From a virus: a stretch of 36,581 bases of DNA. Numbering within the stretch: the first letter of the stretch is position 1; the number at the start of each line of letters is the position of its first letter. The notes below the pieces were generated by a model, which worked only from the letters and a program-made list of their open reading frames with translations, had not been told where the DNA came from and did no database searches. The stretch covers positions 1 to 36,581 of the IMG/VR virus record IMGVR_UViG_3300045988_108325; one strand, given 5' to 3'. The translations under genes were made by a program, and so were the position numbers. Below are positions 16,338 to 24,772 of this stretch, one piece after another.

Positions 16338-16826
16338 ATGAGCAAATTTCAAGAATATATTGAAACAAAAAACCGTTACGAAAGACTAGAGAAACAACTT
16401 AAAAAGGCTCAAGATGACTTTGAAAAAACTATACCTTTTCAAAAATCAAAAAAATATTGGTTTATCGATAGTGAGGGGAACATAAAAGACACAAATTGGT
16501 ATACTGATTCAAGTGACTTAAATAGGTTTAATTTGGGCAACACGTTCAATACGAAAGAAGAAGCAGAAAAAGAACTATTGAGACGTGTTGTAGTTTCAAA
16601 AGTTGGACAATTCAGACGCGAATGCTATGGCGATTGGGTCCCTGATTGGGGCAACGACGATGAAGAAAAATACACAATTACAAGCAATGGTATGTATTTT
16701 TTCGCCACTCAAACAAATTGCGATATTTTCAATATTTTTGGATATTTTAAATATGAGAAAGAATGCAAAAAAGCCTTAGACCTATTTTCTGATGACTTGT
16801 ATAAATGGTTAAATTATGGAAAATAA
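16338..16826 (+). CDS. paralog family member B (about 162 aa)
   Basis: RBS AAGGAG 9 nt before ATG 16338. Carries GNTFNTKEEAEKE, FRRECYGDWVPDW and FGYFKYEKECKKALDLFSDD. Confidence 0.65.
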   Translation: MSKFQEYIETKNRYERLEKQLKKAQDDFEKTIPFQKSKKYWFIDSEGNIKDTNWYTDSSDLNRFNLGNTFNTKEEAEKELLRRVVVSKVGQFRRECYGDWVPDWGNDDEEKYTITSNGMYFFATQTNCDIFNIFGYFKYEKECKKALDLFSDDLYKWLNYGK

Positions 16827-16975
16827 ATACGATTTAAATGACCCTATTATTCAATGGCGTTGCAAGATTGAAAAACAACAAGCCGATGAAAGTTACAGAA
16901 AAATGTGTAATCATGAAATGACACACGCAGTATTGAAAACAATAAAACAAATGAAAAATAGAAAGGAAGATGAAA

Positions 16976-17470
16976 ATGCCAAACTGGTGTAAAGGAGTTA
17001 TTAAAGTACGTGGAAAGAAAGAGGATGTTATTTCATTCTTAGAAAATGAAATTTTAAAAATGCAATATGTAGGACTTTTTGAAAGCCCAAAAAGCGAAAA
17101 TATTAAGATGGAGTATGACGGATATGTGTACTCGTATAAATTAGAAGATGATAAAAAAGAATACTTGTATTTAAACAATAGTACTCGTTGCTTTATCGAA
17201 CAAAACGAAATTGAAATTTATGTCTATTCTGATTCAAACGAAAAAGAAACGTATGTAACTCTTGAATTTAAGCAAGCATGGGATGTTGAAGAAAATCTAT
17301 TCGAGAAATTGAGTGAAAAATACAACATTGATTTTAATATCTATGCTAGTGAACGAGGGATGGAATTTGAACGATACATCACTCTTATCGATGGAGAGTT
17401 CACTAAAAACGAAACAAAAGAATACTATGATTTTATGTTTGAGGCAATCAATCCTGAAATCGGGGGTTAA
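16976..17470 (+). CDS. hypothetical protein beginning MPNWCKG, possibly DUF1281/YubB-like
   Basis: N-terminus MPNWC. RBS GAAAGGAAG 8 nt before ATG 16976. The family assignment is from memory only. Confidence 0.45.
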   Translation: MPNWCKGVIKVRGKKEDVISFLENEILKMQYVGLFESPKSENIKMEYDGYVYSYKLEDDKKEYLYLNNSTRCFIEQNEIEIYVYSDSNEKETYVTLEFKQAWDVEENLFEKLSEKYNIDFNIYASERGMEFERYITLIDGEFTKNETKEYYDFMFEAINPEIGG

Positions 17471-17473
17471 ACG

Positions 17474-17959
17474 ATGGAAACGCTAGAGGAACTAAAAAGG
17501 AAACGTGCGAAATTAGATAAACAAATTGAAGTGTTAGAACGTACAGGATATCCGATTGAAAGGTTTCAAAGATATTATTTATTGACAGCGTTCGGCGGTG
17601 TAACCGAACAAGTGTATGATGATGTGAACTTACACATAAATAGATTTGGTCAAGGCAATGTATTCCTTACTAAAGAAGAGGCGGAATTGGAAGCAAAAAG
17701 ACGGAATTTGGTGCATAGATTCAAAATGTTCAGAGATAAATGTAACGATGGATGGAAGCCTGATTTTGGAGAAAAATGCAACGCTCAAAAGTATTTAATA
17801 GGTTACAGTTGGGATACTAATGATGAAAAATATAAATTGAAATCATTAGAGCTAGGAGCGAGCAATTTATTTAATCAGTTTGGTTATTTTAAAAATCGTT
17901 CAGATTGTGATGAAGCAATCGAATTGTTTGGTTGTGAAATCAAAAAATTATTCTTGTAA
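17474..17959 (+). CDS. paralog family member C (161 aa)
   Basis: RBS GGGGGT 6 nt upstream. Carries GNVFLTKEEAELEAKRR, FRDKCNDGWKPDF and FGYFKNRSDCDEAIELFG. Confidence 0.65.
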   Translation: METLEELKRKRAKLDKQIEVLERTGYPIERFQRYYLLTAFGGVTEQVYDDVNLHINRFGQGNVFLTKEEAELEAKRRNLVHRFKMFRDKCNDGWKPDFGEKCNAQKYLIGYSWDTNDEKYKLKSLELGASNLFNQFGYFKNRSDCDEAIELFGCEIKKLFL

Positions 17960-18037
17960 AGTTTTTTTATACTATAATGACAATCACAAAAAAAGCGTGT
18001 AAAAAGTTTTTTTAAAAGCAAAAATGAGGTATAGTAA

Positions 18038-18075
18038 GAATGTAAACGTGATGTGTTTGCATTCTTCTTTTTTAT
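18038..18075 (+). terminator. rho-independent terminator ending the early/middle transcription unit
   Basis: 10-bp stem GAATGTAAAC / GTTTGCATTC with one G-U pair, 7-nt loop, then TTCTTCTTTTTTAT. Confidence 0.8.
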
Positions 18076-18105
18076 ATAGGCAGACCGCAAATCTGCCTTA
18101 CTCCT

Positions 18106-18179
18106 CACTTACTTGGAGAGCGAGCAGGTTTTATCGTATGATTTAATTGTCGCTAGAGGTTCGATTCCTCTATAAGTGA
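18106..18179 (+). other. tRNA-like segment with a canonical T-arm hairpin AGAGG-TTCGATT-CCTCT and a 6/7 complementary acceptor-like pairing (CACTTAC / ATAAGTG); not a canonical tRNA
   Basis: The GGTTCGATTCC T-loop consensus is at 18159-18169. The 5'/3' acceptor-like strands are 42 nt apart. I could not fold canonical D or anticodon arms, and there is no CCA. Confidence 0.3.
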
Positions 18180-18240
18180 TAGCCTTACGAGGCGACCTTC
18201 CAACCTATTTGTCATTTTCGTTGGACTCCTAAACATTTTT

Positions 18241-18273
18241 CCTCAGTGGTATGCTCCACCACTGAGGTTTTTT
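18241..18273 (+). terminator. rho-independent terminator
   Basis: 9-bp stem CCTCAGTGG / CCACTGAGG, 9-nt loop, then TTTTTT. Confidence 0.8.
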
Positions 18274-18363
18274 AAAAAGTAAATACATAATCCGATATGT
18301 TTCAATGCGCAGAAACAGAAAAACAAAATAAGCACTTGTTACGGTTCGAGGTGCATACATATT

Positions 18364-18392
18364 GAGGCGCAATAGCGTCTCTTTTTTATTTT
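18364..18392 (+). terminator. terminator-like hairpin 13 nt upstream of the late-operon RBS, a candidate leader terminator or attenuator
   Basis: 7-bp stem GAGGCGC / GCGTCTC with one G-U pair, loop AATA, then TTTTTTATTTT. RBS AAGGAGG follows immediately. Confidence 0.55.
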
Positions 18393-18404
18393 AAGGAGGA
18401 AAAT

Positions 18405-19707
18405 ATGGAGATTGAAAGGCTCAAGATAAACGATTTACTGGAATATAAATATAACGCAAAAGAACATCCTGAATGGCAGATTGAACAGATTGTGAATAGT
18501 ATTAAACAATTTGGATTCAATGACCCTATTGCCGTTGATGAAAACAATACAATCATTGAGGGGCACGGCAGATTATACGCCTTGCAAGAAATGGGCGAAA
18601 CAGAGGTTGACTGTATCAGGTTATCTCATTTAGACGAGGAACAAAAACGGGCGTACATTCTAGCTCACAATAAGTTAACCATGAATACGGATTTTGACTT
18701 GGACTTGTTACAGTTAGAGCTAGATAACATCATTGATATTGATATGAGTGATTTCGGATTCACGATTGATGAAGAGGTAGAAAGCCTAAAAGATAAAATC
18801 AAAGAAAACGACTATGCAGGCTCAATTATTGATGATTTTATTATCATGCCTCAAACTATTTTCGATACAAGGCAAGGTCATTGGCAAGACCGTAAAAAGC
18901 AATGGATTGAGTTAGGAATAAAATCAGAACTAGGAAGAGCGGAAGACCTCACATTCGCCAAACAGTTACAAAGTAGCGGACTAGGTGGAACGAGTATTTT
19001 CGACCCAACATTATGTGAAATCTGCTATAAATGGTTTACCCCACACGAAAACGCAAAAATTATTGACCCGTTTGCAGGTGGGGGGGGTAAGAGGTATTGT
19101 TGCTGAAAGGCTAGGATTCACATATACAGGTATTGACTTACGTAAGGAACAGATTGACGCAAACTATACCAACGCTAAAGAAATTGGAACAGATACCGAT
19201 AAAATCAATTGGATATGTGATAATTCATTAAACGTTGATGAACACATTGAAGATGAAAGTGCAGATTTATTATTTACTTGTCCGCCTTATTTCGATTTAG
19301 AAGTTTATAGCGATGATGAGAACGATATTTCAAACATGACCTATGAAGACTTTTGCGAGGCGTATACAACTATCCTTAAAAAGTTCGCAAACAAACTAAA
19401 GGATAATAGATTCGCAATAGTAGTGATTAGTGATGTACGAGATAAGAGAGGCTATTATAGAGATTTGACAGGTATCACGAAACAAGCGTTCAAAGAAATT
19501 GGTGCGCTATTCTACAACGACATCATTCTAGTAAACGTTACAGGCTCAGGAGCATTGAGAGCTAGAAAACAAATGAATAGTGGGCGTAAAGTTATCAGAA
19601 CTCATCAAAATGTATTAGTGTTCTTTAAAGGAAATCCTAAAGAAATCAAAAGTGAATTCGGTCCAATAGCATTACTAGATAAGCTAGAGGATACGGAAAA
19701 AGAATGA
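18405..19707 (+). CDS. ParB-like nuclease domain fused to a DNA (N6/N4) methyltransferase, split into two ORFs by a +1 frameshift at a G8 homopolymer (19079-19086)
   Basis: ParB N-terminal domain (FNDPIAVDENNTIIEGHGRLYAL). Removing one G gives DPFAGGGVRGIVAERLGFTYTGIDL (methyltransferase motif I). Motif IV TCPPY is downstream. RBS AAGGAGG. Confidence 0.8.
19079..19086 (+). repeat. G8 homopolymer tract at the frameshift point of the ParB-methyltransferase gene
   Basis: Read directly from the sequence. G7 would restore the frame. Confidence 0.9.
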
Positions 19708-19739
19708 TTTAAAATCTCAACAGTAAAGGAGGTGGTAGG

Positions 19740-20162
19740 TTGAGCAACGGCAGAGAAAACTTGAAGCCGTTTACCGTGGAAACAGCGAGGGAGAACGGAC
19801 GAAAAGGGGGATATGCTAGTGCAAAGGCAAAAAGGAAGAAAGCGAACCTTAAACAAGCAATGCAAACTCTATTAGCAATGGATGTATCGAGCGAGAAATC
19901 AAAAGAACAACTTGAGGCTTTAGGTGTTGAGGCTACTAATGAAATGTTACTCGCCTTCGCCACTTTCCAACAAGCAGTTAAAGGAAATCAACGAGCGGTG
20001 GAGAACGTCATCAAGCTATCAACAACCGAGAAAGATAAGCATGATATAGCAGAACAGAAAGAACGTATCAAGGCTCTTAAACTGAAAAATAAACAGATTG
20101 AAGAATTGGGAGGTGCGGAAGATGAAGAAATCATCATCATTGCCGACATTCCAAGAGAGTAA
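19740..20162 (+). CDS. terS: terminase small subunit
   Basis: TTG start with RBS AAAGGAGGTGG. The N-terminus ENLKPFTVETARENGRKGGYASAKAKR is typical of Sfi11-like small terminases. It sits directly upstream of TerL. Confidence 0.75.
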   Translation: MSNGRENLKPFTVETARENGRKGGYASAKAKRKKANLKQAMQTLLAMDVSSEKSKEQLEALGVEATNEMLLAFATFQQAVKGNQRAVENVIKLSTTEKDKHDIAEQKERIKALKLKNKQIEELGGAEDEEIIIIADIPRE

Positions 20163-21465
20163 GAACATCAATCCAACCTTTTACGATGTGTGGACTAGTA
20201 AGAAGCCCTATAACGTTTTAAAAGGTGGGCGTAACTCGTTCAAATCGTCCGTTATTTCGCTTTTGTTAGTCTTTAAGATGATAGAGGCTATCAGGGCAGG
20301 AAAACGTGTTGAAATCGTCGTTATTCGTAAGGTAGCAAACACTATTGCCGATTCTGTTTACAACAAAATCATTTGGGCGATTAATAAATTTGGTTTAGGT
20401 AAGAAATTTGATTATCGTAAAAGCCCTTATAAAATTATTCATCAAAAAACAAAGAGCGCATTTCACTTTTACGGTCAGGACGACTTCCAAAAACTGAAAT
20501 CAAACGATGTCGGCTCAATAATAGCGGTGTGGTATGAAGAAGCAAGTGAGTTTAAGAACGCTGAAGAATTCGACCAGACTAACATTACATTTATGCGACA
20601 AAAGCACCCTGAATATGAACAAGTACAGTTCTATTGGACTTACAACCCGCCTAGAAATCCATATAATTGGATAAACGCTTGGACGGATGAAGTAAGGAAA
20701 GACGAAAACTATTTTGTGCATTCAAGTAGTTACTTAGATGATTCACTAGGATTCGTAACTAAACAGATTCTTGATGAGATTGAGCGTATCAAACAGAATG
20801 ATTATGACTATTACAGATATTTGTATCTAGGCGAACCCGTTGGGCTTGGAACTAACGTCTATAACATCGAATTGATGAAGAAAGTCAAAAAGATTCCTGA
20901 TGATGAACGAGTGCTATACATGTACTTTGCAACGGATACAGGACATCAACAGAGTGCGACCGCTAGTTTATGCTTAACTTTAACGCATAAGTTAGGGGAA
21001 GACCTGCCGAGGGTTTATCTGATTGATACTTACTACTATTCGCCAAAAGGGAAAGTGAGAAAGAAAGCTCCTAGTCAGTTATCAAAGGATATGTATGACT
21101 TTGAAACGGTAATGCAGAACGGCTACAAGCGAACGGATGTTCGTAACAGAACAATAGATAGTGCCGAGGGTGCTATACGAAACCAGTATTTTGAAGATTA
21201 CGGAATCAATTTACATCCCGTTGCGAAAAAGAAAAAGGTCGTTATGACTGAATATGTTCAAACGTTATTGGCTCAAGGTAGATTCTATTATCTTGATACG
21301 GAAAACAATAACAAGTATTTCATCGAGGAACATAAGACTTATGCTTGGGAGGAAAAAAGCATAATGAATGACGACCCTCAAGTCGTAAAAGAAAACGACC
21401 ATACGTGTGACGCTTTTCAATATTTCGTGATGGATAACTTGAGAGATTTAAGGCTAGCATACTAA
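20122..21465 (+). CDS. terL: terminase large subunit
   Basis: 447 aa. ATPase and nuclease arrangement between TerS and the portal. RBS GGAGGT 8 nt before ATG 20122. Overlaps the terS end. Confidence 0.85.
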   Translation: MKKSSSLPTFQESKNINPTFYDVWTSKKPYNVLKGGRNSFKSSVISLLLVFKMIEAIRAGKRVEIVVIRKVANTIADSVYNKIIWAINKFGLGKKFDYRKSPYKIIHQKTKSAFHFYGQDDFQKLKSNDVGSIIAVWYEEASEFKNAEEFDQTNITFMRQKHPEYEQVQFYWTYNPPRNPYNWINAWTDEVRKDENYFVHSSSYLDDSLGFVTKQILDEIERIKQNDYDYYRYLYLGEPVGLGTNVYNIELMKKVKKIPDDERVLYMYFATDTGHQQSATASLCLTLTHKLGEDLPRVYLIDTYYYSPKGKVRKKAPSQLSKDMYDFETVMQNGYKRTDVRNRTIDSAEGAIRNQYFEDYGINLHPVAKKKKVVMTEYVQTLLAQGRFYYLDTENNNKYFIEEHKTYAWEEKSIMNDDPQVVKENDHTCDAFQYFVMDNLRDLRLAY

Positions 21466-21477
21466 GGAGGTGTATAC

Positions 21478-23007
21478 ATGCAATGGTTAACAAGATTAGT
21501 ACATTTATTCAAGAAGGGAGGCGGTTATTTGAAAGACATCGCATTTGGGCAAACGATTAAAAACATAACAGACCATCCACGGGTGGGAGTAGATTCAAAA
21601 GAGATTGAAAGGATTTCAGAAAACTTTAAGATTTACAACGGGATTCATAAGCCGATTGAATACCTCAATAGTAACGGCAGACGTGTTAAACGTCCTTTTA
21701 TTTCGTTAAACATGGCAAAAGTAGTATCAGGCTATATTGCAAGTGTAGTATTCAATGAGCAGTGTGCCATAACGGTAGGAAAGCAGGATAGTGAGCAAGA
21801 TAAGTTCATTCAGAAAGTATTTGAAGATAATCATTTCAAGAAGAACTTTGCAAAATATCTAGAGGTAATGTTTGCAACTGGAGGGCTTGCAGTACGTCCG
21901 TACTTAGACGGCAACAAGATTGAGTTTAGTTGGTGCTTGGCTGATACATTCGTGCCATTACAAGCGAATACAAACAACGTAAGCGAGTGTGTTATTTCAA
22001 GCGTGGCTACTGAAGCGGTAGGGCGTAAGACTCACTACTACACGTTATTAGAATTCCATGAGTGGCAGAAAAATGGAGATTACACAATCACTCACGAGCT
22101 ATACTGGAGCGAGAAACAAGAAGAGATAGGGAAGCGAATTCCATTATCTGATTATGAGCCGTACAAGGATTTACAAGAAGTAATCACAATCAAGGGCTTA
22201 TCACGTCCTTTATTCGCTTATGTGAAGCCTTACGGATTTAATAACATCAATCCAAGAAGCCCTTTAGGTTTATCTGTAATTGATAACGCAAAACCAACAT
22301 TACAACAGATTGATGAAACATACGACGCCTTTAGATGGGAAATCAGACAAGGCAAACGTAAGTTCGTTGTATCAGACCACTTCTTACGAGGTAGACAATT
22401 AAAAGACGGAACTTATATCACGTATTTTGACGATGAAACCGATGTATTCGTTGGATTGCCTACTGGAATGGATGATATGACGAAACAGGATATAACAAGC
22501 AGTTTAAGAACGACTGAATACATTGAAGCTATCAATAAGTTCCTATCAACGCTAGAAATGCAAACAGGATTGGCAAGTGGCACATTTACGTTTGACGGAA
22601 AATCTATGAAGACCGCAACCGAGGTAGTAAGTGAGAAATCAGATACTTACCGCACAAGAAACAGTCATGTTTCAGAAGTAGAGGAATTCATCAAAGAGTT
22701 AACAGTATCAGTCTTTGAATTGGCAAAAGCAAGCGGACTATTTAAAGGCGAACTACCAACCAAAAATGATGTTTCAGTAGATTTTGACGACGGTGTGTTT
22801 AACGATAAAAATTCTGAATTAGAATTCTTGTCAAAAGCGACGTTTAATAAGTTGATGAGCCGTAAAGAAGCAATCAAACGCTTGTTTAACTTATCAGACG
22901 AGCAAGCAACTGCCATGATTGAAGAGATTGCCAACGAGGAATACGTTTCAAGTAGCGAATACGCCGAAAAAAAGGCGACTGAGGAAGAATTTGGAGAAAT
23001 TGAATGA
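21478..23007 (+). CDS. portal protein
   Basis: 509 aa. Position after TerL. RBS AGGAGGTG. Confidence 0.8.
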   Translation: MQWLTRLVHLFKKGGGYLKDIAFGQTIKNITDHPRVGVDSKEIERISENFKIYNGIHKPIEYLNSNGRRVKRPFISLNMAKVVSGYIASVVFNEQCAITVGKQDSEQDKFIQKVFEDNHFKKNFAKYLEVMFATGGLAVRPYLDGNKIEFSWCLADTFVPLQANTNNVSECVISSVATEAVGRKTHYYTLLEFHEWQKNGDYTITHELYWSEKQEEIGKRIPLSDYEPYKDLQEVITIKGLSRPLFAYVKPYGFNNINPRSPLGLSVIDNAKPTLQQIDETYDAFRWEIRQGKRKFVVSDHFLRGRQLKDGTYITYFDDETDVFVGLPTGMDDMTKQDITSSLRTTEYIEAINKFLSTLEMQTGLASGTFTFDGKSMKTATEVVSEKSDTYRTRNSHVSEVEEFIKELTVSVFELAKASGLFKGELPTKNDVSVDFDDGVFNDKNSELEFLSKATFNKLMSRKEAIKRLFNLSDEQATAMIEEIANEEYVSSSEYAEKKATEEEFGEIE

Positions 23008-24098
23008 ATGTACTTGATAAGCTAGAAAAGCGCACAAAGCGTATAAGAAACGATTACAGCGACATTACAGTATCAGTCTTTGAGGATATTGCCGAGACAT
23101 TGAAGCCTGCCGATGAAACCAGTTTTATGAATTGGAGAGTTGAAGCAGAAGCGAGCAAACACTTGTTCGTACATCAAGAAGCAAAGAAAATCAGAAATGA
23201 GCTTCTAGATAAAAAAGATACGTTGAGCAATGAGATTCTAGAAGCTAGTAATGATGTTGAGAAAGACAACGCAAAATATTTTAGTAAGCCTGATTTTGAA
23301 TTGGCGAATAAGTCAGTTGAGAAAATCCGTGATGAAGCGTTAAAAGATTTTCATGATAAGATTGAAAAGACACTACTTGATAAAAATATCAGCAATAACG
23401 CCATACGAAAGGCTTATGATGATATTCTAGGGCGAGCAAGTAGAAACGTTGTAACAGGCGAAATGACACTTCAAAGCGCAATAGAAAAAGCCGTAATGGA
23501 AGTCTATGAGAAAGGTTTGCCGTCCGAGTTTTGGGATAGTGCAGGGCGAAATTGGAGCGTTGAAAGATATGCAGAGGCGGTCACTAGGTCAGCAATGCAG
23601 AACACGTACAACGATGTTAGAACGGCTAGAATGGAACAAGAAGAGCTATACACTGTATTAGTATCTTCACATCCAAGAAGCCGTGAAGCGTGTTCTTATT
23701 GCCAAGGTAAGGTCATTGATATACGACCTATCGGAGAGAATACAAGCGGTTATCCAAGCGCTTATGAATACGGATACGGAACTCCCGCAGGTCATAGAGG
23801 GATAAATTGTAAACATCAATGGTTCCCGTTTGACCCTGAAATAAACGTAAACAATCAGATTCAGTACGACCCGCAAGAGGCACAACGGAATGAAGCGATT
23901 GAGCAACAACGAAACATCCTAGCACGCAGAATTAGGAAAACAAAGGGCAAGATTCAGATTGCGGAAAAATTGGGCAGTGATAATGTGAACAGATACAAGA
24001 AACTGCTTAGAAAGCAACAGGAAAGAATGCGGGATTTCATTGACAAATACGAGTTAAAACGAGATTATAATAAAGAGAGGTTAATACCTCGACCATAA
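23004..24098 (+). CDS. minor head / head morphogenesis protein (SPP1 gp7 / Mu F-like)
   Basis: 364 aa immediately after the portal with overlapping start and stop. Conserved C-terminal region with GYPSAYEYGYGTP...INCKH. Confidence 0.7.
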   Translation: MNVLDKLEKRTKRIRNDYSDITVSVFEDIAETLKPADETSFMNWRVEAEASKHLFVHQEAKKIRNELLDKKDTLSNEILEASNDVEKDNAKYFSKPDFELANKSVEKIRDEALKDFHDKIEKTLLDKNISNNAIRKAYDDILGRASRNVVTGEMTLQSAIEKAVMEVYEKGLPSEFWDSAGRNWSVERYAEAVTRSAMQNTYNDVRTARMEQEELYTVLVSSHPRSREACSYCQGKVIDIRPIGENTSGYPSAYEYGYGTPAGHRGINCKHQWFPFDPEINVNNQIQYDPQEAQRNEAIEQQRNILARRIRKTKGKIQIAEKLGSDNVNRYKKLLRKQQERMRDFIDKYELKRDYNKERLIPRP

Positions 24099-24187
24099 AA
24101 ATACAGCCGTTGATTTTAGGCGTAAAATGAAATCAAAAATCACTTATGAGAGGCAACCTCGTATAAAAGCGTAGAGGAGGAAAAAAC

Positions 24188-24748
24188 ATGACTTTCAAAG
24201 AATATTTGAAGGAAAAAGGCTTGGATGAAGCGACAATCGAGGCAATCACAAGCGGAATGGCGGAACACAAACTATATATTGCTAGTGAAGAAAAACTTGA
24301 CGAACGTTATCAGAAAGCCAAAGCAAAAAACAAACAGTATGAGGAAGAGTTAAAGGCTTCAAATGCTCTTGTTGAAGATTTAAAAGCAAAGAGTGTTAAC
24401 AATGAGGATGTTCAAAAGAAATTATCTGAATACGAGAAAACTATTCAGGATTTGACGGCTCAAAGAGAGACGGACGCTTTGAATAATTTCATTGATTTAA
24501 ACCTTACTCAATCGAATGCTAAAAACTTAAAAGCGGTTAAAGCACTGCTAAACATGGATACTATCAAAAAGAACGACAAAGGCGAGTTTGAGGGGTTGAA
24601 TGAACAGATTGAGGAATTAAAACAAAGTGCGGACTATTTATTTAACGGTACCGAGTCAGCAAAAACGCCTCAATTTGCGCAGGGAAATCCAAACAAAGAG
24701 ACGCCAAGTGAAGATAGTGCCTTGTTTGCAGGATTTGACAAAATCTAA
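24188..24748 (+). CDS. scaffolding protein
   Basis: 186 aa, helical and charged, directly upstream of the major capsid gene. RBS GAGGAGG. Confidence 0.7.
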   Translation: MTFKEYLKEKGLDEATIEAITSGMAEHKLYIASEEKLDERYQKAKAKNKQYEEELKASNALVEDLKAKSVNNEDVQKKLSEYEKTIQDLTAQRETDALNNFIDLNLTQSNAKNLKAVKALLNMDTIKKNDKGEFEGLNEQIEELKQSADYLFNGTESAKTPQFAQGNPNKETPSEDSALFAGFDKI

Positions 24749-24772
24749 AACAGAAACGAGGAATAAATAAAC

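Noticed and set aside
18106-18179. Calling a bona fide tRNA gene
   Set aside because: The T-arm and the acceptor-like pairing fit. However, I could not form a D-arm or a 5-bp/7-nt anticodon arm in the intervening 42 nt. Conserved U8/U33-type positions and CCA are not convincingly present. It is reported only as a tRNA-like element.
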